The notes: generated from the letters alone by a model not told the origin. A stretch of DNA of 64,000 nt from an uncultured Fluviicola sp. (GCA_963976995.1 CAXBMR010000008.1:28416-92415); one strand, 5' to 3'; counted from the first letter of the stretch, positions 8,453 to 18,919 are shown. Translations and numbers: made by a program.

Positions 8453-10032
8453 TTAGCGATTTTTTCAAAATTAATGATGTATGTATTTGCTAAATTGTAG
8501 TTCACATCACCATTTAATTGCTCTGTTAGCATATGTATCAATTCAACTCCCAGAGAATCACTTTCTAAATGATTGATTTCAGCAGGTACTCCTGGGCCAC
8601 TATCGCTGTACTCTAATACAAATTTATCACTGTTTTCCCTAATTCCAATTGATAACCATTCAGACTTAGTTTTGTTAAAGGCATGTTTGTAAGAATTTGT
8701 TACCAATTCATTGACAACCAATCCTAATGGAATCATCGTGTTGGTATTCAATACAAGTTCCGAATCTATATCAATCCTTTTTTCTGGCTGAGCCTTATCA
8801 GAATCAAAAGCAACCTCTATAAAAGAAACCAATTGTTCTATGTATGATTTCACTTTAATGGAAGCCAAACTTTCATTGCCGTACAATTTCTCATGAACTA
8901 AAGCCATTGATTGAATTCTACCTTTACAGACATCCAAAACTTCCGTGATTTTCTTGTCAGAAGAATCGCTGCTTTGCAGATTCATCAAACTAGTCATTAT
9001 CTGCATATTGTTCTTTACACGATGATGAACCTCTTTAATAAGCACTTGTGTGTTTTCCAAATTTGATTCTAGTTGAGTGTTTTTTTCTGAAATTTCGGTA
9101 TAAGCAACGTTGACTTCTTTACTTAACTTGTTATTTCTATAATACTGATAAACAACAAGGTAAACAAATAGACACAAAAAGAAATACCATAAATAAGTCA
9201 TTAAAGCAAAGCGCTTATCTGGACTTACATCGACCTTATAGGCGGTGCCAACAATCAAATTTAAACCATAAAAATCAATATTGCTATAAACGAATTTGTC
9301 TTCTGAAACATCAAAATTTTTGTAATAAAAATCGTCTCTTTTCTTATTGTATATTTCTGTTCCATCATAGACTACTTCCCTGGAAAAATCAACTCCTCTA
9401 TTGTCTGAAAAACGATGAACAAATAAGCGGTCATTTTTCGTCTTATAGGGATAACTTAGGAGAGATTTTACACTCAAAACAGGCGCAACATATCCTAAAA
9501 CTTCACCTTTAGAATTTTTAGCCGCAAAGTCGAATGGAAAGGCTGCCCAACCCTCTTGAATATTAATGGGTGGATACAACAATATATCATCACTTTTCAT
9601 CAATTCATTCAACGCTCTAATTTCTTCATTTGAACGAAAACTTTTCACATTACTTCCTTTTAAGTTTGCAGGATCAAACTGGTAGGGAGTAATCACATAT
9701 TTGAAATAATGCGCGGTATCAACATACGAAACAATAATTGAATCATTGAAATCGATTTTATCTACTAAATCTCTCAAGTATGATTGAAGTTCAAGTTCAG
9801 TAGGGAAATCTACCGAATTTTTCATGTAAGAGCGGATAGACGAAACTAAGGTTGCATATACGTTAATTCCCGTTTCAATTCTTAAAACAACTTCTTCATG
9901 TGATTTTATTAGTTCTACTTTTAGTCGCTCGTTTTCAGAGTCTTGTTGATTATTTAAAAGCAGCTGGATAAAAACAACACCAATCAGTAGTAGAATAAAC
10001 AACAGAATTTGATATTTGATTTTTTTCAGCAT
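8449..10032 (-). CDS. Sensor histidine kinase (HisKA_2 / HWE-like H-box), two TM helices flanking a ~250-aa extracytoplasmic domain
   Basis: Contains the H-box HHRVKNNMQIM, the N-box ELVTNSYKHAF and the G-box DSGPGVP. No response regulator is adjacent. Confidence 0.8.
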   Translation of the reverse strand: MLKKIKYQILLFILLLIGVVFIQLLLNNQQDSENERLKVELIKSHEEVVLRIETGINVYATLVSSIRSYMKNSVDFPTELELQSYLRDLVDKIDFNDSIIVSYVDTAHYFKYVITPYQFDPANLKGSNVKSFRSNEEIRALNELMKSDDILLYPPINIQEGWAAFPFDFAAKNSKGEVLGYVAPVLSVKSLLSYPYKTKNDRLFVHRFSDNRGVDFSREVVYDGTEIYNKKRDDFYYKNFDVSEDKFVYSNIDFYGLNLIVGTAYKVDVSPDKRFALMTYLWYFFLCLFVYLVVYQYYRNNKLSKEVNVAYTEISEKNTQLESNLENTQVLIKEVHHRVKNNMQIMTSLMNLQSSDSSDKKITEVLDVCKGRIQSMALVHEKLYGNESLASIKVKSYIEQLVSFIEVAFDSDKAQPEKRIDIDSELVLNTNTMIPLGLVVNELVTNSYKHAFNKTKSEWLSIGIRENSDKFVLEYSDSGPGVPAEINHLESDSLGVELIHMLTEQLNGDVNYNLANTYIINFEKIAN

Positions 10033-10085
10033 AGAATTTCCAAGAACAGAATCAAATATAGGTTTAATAATTGATATTCAGTTTT

Positions 10086-12158
10086 CTACATTCCTTCTAT
10101 CACAAAATCAGTACGTCTATTCTTCGCTCTGTTTGCAGCTGAATCATTTTGCAATTTAGGTTGCGTTTCTCCGTAACCTTTTGCAGAAAGTCGATCTTCA
10201 TCTATTCCTTGTGTAGAAAGGTATTTTCTCACTTCCTGCGCTCTTCTCTCTGACAGCTCCATGTTCTTTGCATCATCTCCCACGTCATCAGTATGACCTT
10301 GAATAGCAACTGTAATTGTTTCATTCTCTAATAAGAATCGAGAAAAACCTCTCAATATAAACTTAGACTTGCTATTCAATTCGGATGAACTAGTTGCAAA
10401 GAGAATATCGTTAATTGTATAGGCCTCACCTACTTTCAATTCTTTAACGGCAAGGTTTTTAGGAATTAACTCAACTGATTTCGGTTCTTCTTTTACTTCT
10501 GGCTTATCCATCACTTTTGCAATTTCTTCTTTGCTAATTACTTTAGAATCGAAAGCATGACCTTCTTTTTTAACCGTCACCATTACATCCTGCTTGATAG
10601 AAGTTTTAATGATTGCGGCGTATTTCCCATCATCCCCATTTACTTTTACTTGTGTAACATCGTCAGAACCCTCATAGGTAATTTCGATTGTTGCATCCTC
10701 TACCACTTCACCGTCCTCATCCTTTAATTCTCCCTTTAAAATAGCCACTGATTGCGGTCTAGCCTCTTCGTACAAATCAAATGAATAAATATTCCACTTA
10801 CCTCCTACTCTTGAAGAGAAATAGGCTACTTGCCCATCTATAGAAACATACAATCCCAATTCGTCATCAGGGGAATTAATCGGATATCCTATATTTTTAG
10901 GTTCCGTCCATTTACCGTTTTCTCTTCTAATATAAAAAATATCCAGTCCGCCAACACCTGGTCTTTCTTTCGTTGACCCTGAAACGAAGTATAAGGTTTC
11001 ACTATCTTGGTGTAAGAATGGGCTTTTGTCCTTACCCGCCGTATTAACTTCATCAAAAGGGCGCGACATCCATGAACCATCTTCTTGTCGCTCTGCAACA
11101 TAAATATCATTGTTCCGAGAGGTTGGACGATTTACAGTATAGTACAATGTTTGACCATCTGCCGAAAGAGAAGGTTGTGCCTCCCAACCATTTGACGTAT
11201 TTATCTTGTCTCCCATGTTCTCCAATGGAGTCCAAGAGAAATCATTCCCTCCAGCCCCACTTCGTTGATAGGTGGTAATGTATAAATCACAATTCATATA
11301 AGGCTGTCCATACACTTCTTCTTTCTTGCATGCGCAAACAATCATTTCTTTATTATCAACAGAAAGCGTTGCAGCACCATAGCTCTGAAAAGTACCATCG
11401 TTAAAAGGATTATCTAATGGCGCACCACCGTCAAAACTTTGCATAACGGTTTCTCTTTTAGAAAAAGTAATCTCTTCAACAACATTTGATTTTAAGTCTC
11501 CTATATTTTTCCTGTCCAGCTTTCTTGTATAAAATATAAGTTCATTATCTGGAGACAGCATAGGAAAATACTCATTTTTATCTGTGCTCACATTCTTCAC
11601 CAGTTTTGGTTTAAAGGGTACCACATTTTCTTTTACCTTTCTATCTCTTTCCAGATCTTCTAAAACTTCATTTACATCTGCTAGTTTTTTGGTGAAGTCT
11701 TCAGGATACCTATCTGTATCAGAATGGCTGAATTTTTTAAACTCTTTGAACCACTTAATGGCTTCCGGTTTGTCTTGTTGTGTAAAATTGATAACTCCTA
11801 AGTAATACGAACAGTCTGCATGATAATCTGGGCAATTGTCCAAAGCAATGCGAAACATTTCTTCTGCTTTCAAGAAACTTTTATCACCTCTTGCTGGGTT
11901 TGGATATTTTTCGTAGTTTTTAAGCCCACCATTATATGCATATACTCCGTATTCAAAATAGGCAGTAGCGTTCTCTTCATCCAACTTAATGGCCGCGTTA
12001 AAACTCTCTACAGCTGTACGAATATCTTTTGCATTGATCCCAGCATTGATTAATTTCATCACCTTTTTGGAAGGCTTCAAACAATTTTCAGACTCTGCTT
12101 GAGAGAATGCAACAATAGAGATTATTAAAAAAAATAAAGAAATGTAAATTTTATTCAT
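10086..12158 (-). CDS. OmpA-family protein with TPR + PD40/TolB-like beta-propeller + carboxypeptidase-regulatory-like + OmpA_C domains (PorE-like architecture)
   Basis: Has a signal peptide, N-terminal TPR-like repeats, and repeated E..P.LS.D...LYF propeller blades. It also has an ILKGELKDEDGEVVEDATIEI CRD-like segment and a C-terminal OmpA_C (GHTD..G....N..LS..RA..V..YL). Confidence 0.75.
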   Translation of the reverse strand: MNKIYISLFFLIISIVAFSQAESENCLKPSKKVMKLINAGINAKDIRTAVESFNAAIKLDEENATAYFEYGVYAYNGGLKNYEKYPNPARGDKSFLKAEEMFRIALDNCPDYHADCSYYLGVINFTQQDKPEAIKWFKEFKKFSHSDTDRYPEDFTKKLADVNEVLEDLERDRKVKENVVPFKPKLVKNVSTDKNEYFPMLSPDNELIFYTRKLDRKNIGDLKSNVVEEITFSKRETVMQSFDGGAPLDNPFNDGTFQSYGAATLSVDNKEMIVCACKKEEVYGQPYMNCDLYITTYQRSGAGGNDFSWTPLENMGDKINTSNGWEAQPSLSADGQTLYYTVNRPTSRNNDIYVAERQEDGSWMSRPFDEVNTAGKDKSPFLHQDSETLYFVSGSTKERPGVGGLDIFYIRRENGKWTEPKNIGYPINSPDDELGLYVSIDGQVAYFSSRVGGKWNIYSFDLYEEARPQSVAILKGELKDEDGEVVEDATIEITYEGSDDVTQVKVNGDDGKYAAIIKTSIKQDVMVTVKKEGHAFDSKVISKEEIAKVMDKPEVKEEPKSVELIPKNLAVKELKVGEAYTINDILFATSSSELNSKSKFILRGFSRFLLENETITVAIQGHTDDVGDDAKNMELSERRAQEVRKYLSTQGIDEDRLSAKGYGETQPKLQNDSAANRAKNRRTDFVIEGM

Positions 12159-12312
12159 TCAAGTTATATCGTTATTAAGTAAACATAACAAATTCCGTAC
12201 CTAATAGAGTATATCGAAAAAGCAGAGATAAAGTTACAAGTTATCTAAATTATCAACTAGGTATATTAATCAATACATCCAACTAATTATAAGGTTCAAT
12301 TCATATCCAATT

Positions 12313-14757
12313 TCACCCAACACTAACTGCATCCTCTACCATCTCCTTGGTCAAAGCAATTTTCAAGACTTCATCCATTTTCTTTACATAGTGAAACTTC
12401 AATCCTTTTAAATAAGCTGGTTTGATTTCATCGATGTCTTTTTTATTCTTATCGCAAAGAATGATTTCGGTTATTTTTGAACGTTTTGCGGCTAGAATTT
12501 TCTCTTTTATACCACCAACGGGAAGAACATCACCTCTTAAGGTAATTTCACCAGTCATGGCTAAATTTTTCTTTACTTTTCTTTGAGAATAAACAGATGC
12601 CAAGGAAGTCAACATTGTGATACCTGCGCTTGGCCCATCTTTAGGTGTTGCTCCTTCCGGCACGTGAACGTGTATGTTATTTTTATCGAATACTTCTTGT
12701 TCTAAACCTATTAAACCACTATGCGCTTTCAAATATTCAAGCGCTATCACCGCTGATTCCTTCATTACATCACCAAGATTACCTGTCAATGTGAGTTTTC
12801 CTTTGCCTTGAGTAATGGAAGATTCGATGAAAAGAATGTCACCCCCCACACTCGTCCAAGCAAGTCCAGTTACTACTCCTGCAACTTCATTATTGTCGTA
12901 TTTAGTTCTGCCTCTCCCGGCTCCTAGAATGGTGAATAAATCTTCTTTTGAAATTTCTACGTCAAATTTCTGCTCCATCGCAATTTGTCGTGCTCTATTT
13001 CTAACAATTTTTGCTACAAATTTATCTAAGCCGCGAACACCAGATTCACTGGTATATTCTTCTACTAATTTTTCTAAAACATCCATACCAATAGCAATGT
13101 CCTTCTTTTTTATTCCGTGCTCCTTAACTTGCTTTGGCAACAAATGTCGTTTCGCTATTTCCACTTTTTCTTCAACTGTATAACCATTCACCTCAATTAA
13201 TTCCATCCTATCTCTTAACGGACCTTGAATAGTTGACAAATTGTTAGCCGTTGCGACAAACATCACACGCGATAAATCGTAATCTGCTTCTATGTAGTTG
13301 TCATGGAACTCACTATTTTGTTCTGGATCCAGAACTTCCAATAGCGCTGAAGAAGGATCTCCATGGTTACTGCGGCCCAATTTATCTACTTCGTCAAGCA
13401 CAAAAACCGGATTGCTCTTTCCCGCCTTTTTTATATTTTGGATAATACGACCTGGCATTGCACCAATATATGTCTTTCTGTGGCCTCTAATTTCTGATTC
13501 GTCATGCAAACCACCAAGTGACATTCTAATGTATTTTCTTCCTAAAGCTTCTGCTATAGATTTCCCCAATGATGTCTTACCGACTCCTGGAGGTCCATAG
13601 AAACAAAGAATCGGTGATTTCATATTCCCTTTTAGCTTCAAAACAGCCAAGTACTCTAATATTCTTTCTTTAACCTTCTCTAGACCGTAATGATCTCGTT
13701 CTAGTATCTTTTTTGCGCGATTTAAGTCCAAGTTATCCTTGGAAAATTCACCCCAAGGTAATTCTAACATCATTTCTAGATAATTCATTTGAACAGAATA
13801 CTCAGCTCCTTGAGGATTCATTCTTCCTAACTTATCCAGCTCTTTATTGAACAATTCTTTTACCGTTGCATTCCATTTCTTTTTCTCTCCGCGAGCCTTC
13901 ATATCAGTCACGTCTTGTTCCTGCGGATTACCTCCTAATTCATCTTGTATTGTTCGCATTTGCTGATGCAAAAAATATTCTCGTTGTTGCTGATCAATGT
14001 CCTTTCTTACTTTAGATTGAATTTCATTAGTCATTTCTAACATTTGAACCTCCAAATTAAGATGTTCCAAAGCCAGAGTGACTCTTTTTTTAATGTCTAG
14101 CTCTTCCAGCATTTCTTGCTTTTTAGCAACATCTGCATTCATATTGGAAGAAATAAAATTTACTAAAAAAGTAGGACTATCAATATTTCCAATCGCAAAA
14201 GAGGCCTCCGAAGGGATATTTGGACTTTCCTGAATAATTTGCAATGCTAAATCCTTCACCGATTTAAACATCAACTTTAATTCTTCGTCTTTATCATCTA
14301 ATTCACTTTCCTCAAGCATTTTTACTTGAGACTTCATGTAAGGTTCTGTTTGAGTGGGCTGCGTAATTTCAAATCTCCGTTTTCCCTGAATGATAACTGT
14401 TGAGCTACCATCAGGCATTTTTAACATGCGTATAATTTGAGCTACCGTACCAATATTGTGCAAGTCAGAAAACTCTGGGCTTTCCACTTCTTGATTCTTT
14501 TGAGAAACAACTCCAATAATTTTTGCTCCTTTATTCGCATCTTGAATCAACTTAATGGATTTATCTCGACCTACCGTAATAGGGATAACCACTCCTGGAA
14601 AGAGAACATTATTTCTCAACGGCAAAATTGCCAACTCATCTGGGTATTTCGCCTTGTTCATGTTATCCTCTTCTTCTGCTGTAATTAAGGGAATAAATTC
14701 AGCGTCAGATTCAAGGTTTGAAAGGCTTATCAATTTATTATCAAAAAAATCACTCAT
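12313..14757 (-). CDS. lon: ATP-dependent Lon protease
   Basis: Contains Walker A GPPGVGKTS, catalytic PKDGPSAGIT and GGIKEK. Confidence 0.97.
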   Translation of the reverse strand: MSDFFDNKLISLSNLESDAEFIPLITAEEEDNMNKAKYPDELAILPLRNNVLFPGVVIPITVGRDKSIKLIQDANKGAKIIGVVSQKNQEVESPEFSDLHNIGTVAQIIRMLKMPDGSSTVIIQGKRRFEITQPTQTEPYMKSQVKMLEESELDDKDEELKLMFKSVKDLALQIIQESPNIPSEASFAIGNIDSPTFLVNFISSNMNADVAKKQEMLEELDIKKRVTLALEHLNLEVQMLEMTNEIQSKVRKDIDQQQREYFLHQQMRTIQDELGGNPQEQDVTDMKARGEKKKWNATVKELFNKELDKLGRMNPQGAEYSVQMNYLEMMLELPWGEFSKDNLDLNRAKKILERDHYGLEKVKERILEYLAVLKLKGNMKSPILCFYGPPGVGKTSLGKSIAEALGRKYIRMSLGGLHDESEIRGHRKTYIGAMPGRIIQNIKKAGKSNPVFVLDEVDKLGRSNHGDPSSALLEVLDPEQNSEFHDNYIEADYDLSRVMFVATANNLSTIQGPLRDRMELIEVNGYTVEEKVEIAKRHLLPKQVKEHGIKKKDIAIGMDVLEKLVEEYTSESGVRGLDKFVAKIVRNRARQIAMEQKFDVEISKEDLFTILGAGRGRTKYDNNEVAGVVTGLAWTSVGGDILFIESSITQGKGKLTLTGNLGDVMKESAVIALEYLKAHSGLIGLEQEVFDKNNIHVHVPEGATPKDGPSAGITMLTSLASVYSQRKVKKNLAMTGEITLRGDVLPVGGIKEKILAAKRSKITEIILCDKNKKDIDEIKPAYLKGLKFHYVKKMDEVLKIALTKEMVEDAVSVG

Positions 14758-14941
14758 ATCTATTTTATATAACCGTCAAACTGTCAGCAATTCTTCTTGA
14801 TTTTTTCAAAAAGAAAGTACAATTGCGGATAAACATACTGTTCAAAGCATGTGCCATAAGGCTAAAACTGCTATTTTGTCGTATTAATTGGCAGAAAAGA
14901 GGAATGGTCAAGAATAATATACAATGGAAATTTAGATTACC

Positions 14942-16069
14942 TCATTTGTTGTTCGAGATGTATTTGAGAATCGCAATTTCATCTGTAGATAGCTCCATTC
15001 TTCGCCTAAACATCATGTTATTCGAACTAGTGACTGCTTTAGAAAAGTCATACGCATCTCCTTTCACTCCCCAAGAAAAAGAAGGGATGTATTTTGAAGG
15101 GAACTCGGCTCCAAAGACATTGCTTGAAACTCCAACAACAGTGGCTGTATTAAACATAGTGTTAATTCCACATTTAGAATGGTCTCCCATTACAAGGCCC
15201 ATAAACTGAACGTCAGTTTGTTCAATGTGCTTCGTTTTAAACGAGTATGTTTTGACTAGACCATAATTATTCTTCAAATTAGAAGTATTCGTGTCTGCAC
15301 CAATGTTACACCATTCTCCAATGACAGAATTACCAATAAAGCCATCATGTCCTTTGTTTGAATATCCGTAGAGTATTACATTATTCACTTCGCCCCCAAC
15401 TTTGCAGTAAGGTCCAATGGTTGTTGCTCCATAAACTTTTGCTCCAATCTTTAAAACACTACTATCAAGCATTGCAAGACCACCTCTGACTATTGACCCC
15501 TCCATAATTTCAGCATTATTACCTATATATATGGGTCCGTCATTCGTGTTTAGTATAGCTGCTTCAACCTTGGCTCCTTTTTCTAAGAATATTTTATTTA
15601 CGTCTCCAATTATCGTATTTGTAGAAGAAAGTTGCACTGATGTTCGTTCGTTTGTGAGTAATTCAAAATCTTGCTCCAACACCTTTCCGTTTTTTTGAAA
15701 GAGCTCCCATCGATGTTCAATTACAACGGGTTCATTACCTTCATATTTCTTATGAATATCACCCGTACCAGATCTGGCTAGCCAAATTCCATTTAGGACC
15801 AATTGCTCGTTGCCTTTTAGTTTAACTATTTCGTTTACTAGCTCACGATTAGGAATTACACATGCATTGACCGCAATAGCATCTATAGTTTGTGGAAATT
15901 TTTCAGAAAGGTAGCCTTCTGTTTCAAAGAAAATTTCAACATTGGGAACAAGAAGACTCCAACGTTCATCATTGGTCAAAATACCCATCCTTAAGTTCCC
16001 AACTGGTCGAGTTAAGGTTAACGGAGCAAAATCAAGATGTTTGTTATTATCGTGCAATTGAATTTTCAT
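14942..16069 (-). CDS. GlmU-family putative sugar-phosphate nucleotidyltransferase (left-handed beta-helix C-terminus)
   Basis: FAPLTLTRPVGNLRMGILT at the N-terminus and hexapeptide-like repeats in the C-terminal half resemble the alternative bacterial GlmU-like family. Confidence 0.6.
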   Translation of the reverse strand: MKIQLHDNNKHLDFAPLTLTRPVGNLRMGILTNDERWSLLVPNVEIFFETEGYLSEKFPQTIDAIAVNACVIPNRELVNEIVKLKGNEQLVLNGIWLARSGTGDIHKKYEGNEPVVIEHRWELFQKNGKVLEQDFELLTNERTSVQLSSTNTIIGDVNKIFLEKGAKVEAAILNTNDGPIYIGNNAEIMEGSIVRGGLAMLDSSVLKIGAKVYGATTIGPYCKVGGEVNNVILYGYSNKGHDGFIGNSVIGEWCNIGADTNTSNLKNNYGLVKTYSFKTKHIEQTDVQFMGLVMGDHSKCGINTMFNTATVVGVSSNVFGAEFPSKYIPSFSWGVKGDAYDFSKAVTSSNNMMFRRRMELSTDEIAILKYISNNK

Positions 16070-16126
16070 AGGACTAAGTTAAGTAAAGATAGGGAGATTT
16101 GAAAATTGGGAGATTGATGCTTGTCC

Positions 16127-17632
16127 TTAAGTAGTTGATTTCTTTTTTGATAAAGCCATCAGCCCAAAAAAAGTGATTAAAGCGTTCACAAGTATTATTT
16201 CAAAGCCAAATCTATAGGGGCCGAAAACACCTAAAGCAATTCCGTTCTCAGAGTAACCTCCTGGAGCTCCAGCTGAGAAATACCACAAAATAACTGTTAA
16301 TAATATCGAAAACACACTTACCATAGGTACCAATTGGTCTTTGATGTATTTTCGAGAAATAATTCCAAAGAAAAACATTCCAATCAGTGGTCCGTATGTA
16401 AAACCAGCGAATTTCATCAATAAACCAATTGCAGATTCGTCTGTGACATTTTTCAATAAAATAACAGTTAGAATAATGACTGCAGACATGACCAAATGCA
16501 CTCTCTTTCTAGTTGATTCTTTCTTATTCTCATCATAATCGTCGTCTTTTACCCCTAAAAAATCAATGGAAAAAGAAGTAGTCAATGAAGTCAATGCAGA
16601 ATCCGCACTGGAATAAGCTGCTGCAATAAGACCTAACAAGAAAAGAATTCCAATAACTGGACCTGCGGCATCACTCCTGGCAACGGATGAGAAAAGTAAA
16701 TCTGAACTTTTATAATCAATTCCATTAGCTGAAGCATAAATATAAAGTAATGCACCTAAGCCTAAGAAAATTAGATTCACAACAACTAAAACAAACGCCA
16801 TGGAAATCATATTCTTTTGAGCATCTTTGATATTCTTGCAACTCAAATTCTTCTGCATCATATCTTGATCAAGTCCTGTCATACCAATAGTAATGAAGAT
16901 ACCACCCAAGAAGTGTTTAAAAAAGTGATTGCTGCTATAAATATCATCGAAGAAAAATATTTTGGAGTAAGAACTGTTAGCAATTGTCGAAACAGTTCCT
17001 ACATTTTCCGATAAATTCAAAGCGTCACTTATAAACCATACAGTTAATAAGACTGAACCCAGCATAAAAGCAGTCTGTAATGTGTCTGTCCAAATGATTG
17101 TTTTTATACCACCTCTATTTGTATATAACCATATCAGTATTACAGAAATCACTACGGTAAATTCAAAGCGGATACCCCAATCATCAAATAAAATGTCTTG
17201 CAACACATTTGCAACAAGTAGCAACCGAACAGATGCACCTATTATTCTAGAGAGCAAAAAGAAAGAAGCGCCAGTCTTGTATGACCAGAAGCCAAAACGT
17301 TGCTTTAAATATTCATAGATTGAGGTTAAGTTTAAGCGATAATATATTGGTAAAAGTACATGGGCTACGATGAAATAACCCACCAAATACCCTAATACGG
17401 CTTGCATATAACTGAATTGATTAGATTCATTTCCTACCCAACCTGGAATTGAAATAAATGTCACACCACTTAGGGAGGCTCCGATCATACCAAATGAAAC
17501 AATATACCAGGGAGACTTTCTTTCGCCCAAAAAGAACGAAGAGTTATCTGCCTTTTTGGAAGTAAAAAAAGAGATAGCTATCAGTACTGCAAAATATGTA
17601 ACAAGTACTCCAATGATTAATTCTTTCGACAT
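16127..17632 (-). CDS. Sodium:solute symporter (SSS) family transporter
   Basis: Roughly 13 TM helices, with SSS-type motifs (GGIKTIIWTDTLQ). Confidence 0.85.
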   Translation of the reverse strand: MSKELIIGVLVTYFAVLIAISFFTSKKADNSSFFLGERKSPWYIVSFGMIGASLSGVTFISIPGWVGNESNQFSYMQAVLGYLVGYFIVAHVLLPIYYRLNLTSIYEYLKQRFGFWSYKTGASFFLLSRIIGASVRLLLVANVLQDILFDDWGIRFEFTVVISVILIWLYTNRGGIKTIIWTDTLQTAFMLGSVLLTVWFISDALNLSENVGTVSTIANSSYSKIFFFDDIYSSNHFFKHFLGGIFITIGMTGLDQDMMQKNLSCKNIKDAQKNMISMAFVLVVVNLIFLGLGALLYIYASANGIDYKSSDLLFSSVARSDAAGPVIGILFLLGLIAAAYSSADSALTSLTTSFSIDFLGVKDDDYDENKKESTRKRVHLVMSAVIILTVILLKNVTDESAIGLLMKFAGFTYGPLIGMFFFGIISRKYIKDQLVPMVSVFSILLTVILWYFSAGAPGGYSENGIALGVFGPYRFGFEIILVNALITFFGLMALSKKKSTT

Positions 17633-17703
17633 AGGTTGGTAAAGATAATAATTGATAACACTTTAAAAAATCCAACTCTCTATCATGTTTTTCTAAATTA
17701 AAC

Positions 17704-17732
17704 TTGTGCTTGATTTAATTAACCTATCTTTG
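17704..17732 (+). promoter_or_regulatory. Candidate Bacteroidota sigma-A promoter (TTG-N18-TATCTTTG) for the desaturase gene
   Basis: TTG lies at 17704-17706 and TAtcTTTG at 17725-17732. A second TAtgTTTG lies at 17742-17749. Confidence 0.4.
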
Positions 17733-17788
17733 CGTAAATGCTATGTTTGTTTTTATATAAATGCAGACGTAAGCCAAATTTTATTTTT

Positions 17789-18919
17789 ATGAGTGTACCG
17801 CATGTGAAATTTGACAACAAAAAAGATCCTGAATTCTACAAAGAATTAAGAAAACGTGTCAATAGCTATTTCTCAGGAAATAATATCTCGAAATATGCGA
17901 ATTTAAACATGAAGCTTAAATCTGTATTTATGCTTTGTCTTTACTTTGTGCCTTTCATCTTAATGATTACTGGAACAATTGACTCAAATTGGGGTATTAT
18001 TGGCATGTGGGCGATAATGGGATTTGGTGTTGCTGGTATTGGACTATCCATTATGCATGATGCTAATCATGGCTCATATTCTACCAATCAATTTGTTAAC
18101 AAATTAATGGGGGGAACATTGAATTTTGCAGGTGGATATCCACTTAATTGGATCATTCAACACAATGTTTTGCACCATACCTTCACGAATATTGAACACT
18201 TTGACGAGGACATTGAAAAGAAAGGAATTATGCGTTTCACTCCGAATCAAGAGCATAAAGCTATTTTTAAGTTTCAAATTTTTTATGCCCCAATTCTATA
18301 CGCTGTTTTAACTTTATATTGGGTACTTTCTAAGGATTTTGAGCAATTGTACCGCTATGAGAAACTTGGCTTGTTAAAAGCACAAGATATGAGCTATAGG
18401 AAAGCACTACTTCAAATAATATTCATGAAAGTAGCTTATTTGATTGTATTTTTTATTCTACCATTATTTATTGTTGATGCCCATTGGGGAATTATTCTAA
18501 GTGGTTTCTTAATAATGCACGCTATTGCTGGTTTAGTTCTGGCATTGATTTTTCAATCAGCACATGTTATTAAAGAAACAGAGTTCTTCGAAGCTGATGA
18601 AGAAAATTCTGTTGAAGAAAATTGGGCTATTTTACAAATGCGAACAACTGCCAATTTTGCGAATGGAAGTACATTATTCTCTTGGTATATTGGTGGATTA
18701 AACTATCAAATAGAGCATCACTTATTCCCAACGGTCTGCCATGTGCATTACCGACATATTTCGAAAATTGTAAAAGCAACGGCTGAAGAATATGGGGTTC
18801 CCTATCATCATCACAAAACATTTTTAGGTGCTTTAAAAAGTCATTTCACATTGCTCAATGACTTAGGAACTGGAAAATATGATAAGAAAGTTGCACTACA
18901 AGAAAGTGAAAATTCTTAA
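17789..18919 (+). CDS. Membrane fatty-acid desaturase, front-end (DesD/delta-6-like) type histidine boxes
   Basis: Carries the His boxes HDANHGS, HNVLHH and QIEHHLFP. The start was moved to MSVPHVKF (17789), downstream of the promoter-like boxes. Confidence 0.8.
   Translation: MSVPHVKFDNKKDPEFYKELRKRVNSYFSGNNISKYANLNMKLKSVFMLCLYFVPFILMITGTIDSNWGIIGMWAIMGFGVAGIGLSIMHDANHGSYSTNQFVNKLMGGTLNFAGGYPLNWIIQHNVLHHTFTNIEHFDEDIEKKGIMRFTPNQEHKAIFKFQIFYAPILYAVLTLYWVLSKDFEQLYRYEKLGLLKAQDMSYRKALLQIIFMKVAYLIVFFILPLFIVDAHWGIILSGFLIMHAIAGLVLALIFQSAHVIKETEFFEADEENSVEENWAILQMRTTANFANGSTLFSWYIGGLNYQIEHHLFPTVCHVHYRHISKIVKATAEEYGVPYHHHKTFLGALKSHFTLLNDLGTGKYDKKVALQESENS

Noticed and set aside
12815-14800. Several 64-122-aa plus-strand ORFs inside lon. 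Similar antisense ORFs occur inside rluA, recN, coaBC and ligA.
   Set aside because: All are antisense to high-confidence genes with intact catalytic motifs. They are shadow ORFs typical of AT-rich genomes.
14841-14856. A sigma-54-like element on the minus strand upstream of lon (TGGCACatgctTTGAA).
   Set aside because: The -24 TGGCAC and the spacing fit, but the conserved -12 GC is TTGA rather than TTGC. There is a single occurrence and no enhancer-binding-protein context, so it is insufficient to call.
14718-15209. A 163-aa plus-strand ORF spanning the lon upstream region and the 3' end of the GlmU-like gene.
   Set aside because: It overlaps a well-supported minus-strand gene and the lon promoter region. 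It has no recognisable motif and a hydrophobic, low-complexity composition.
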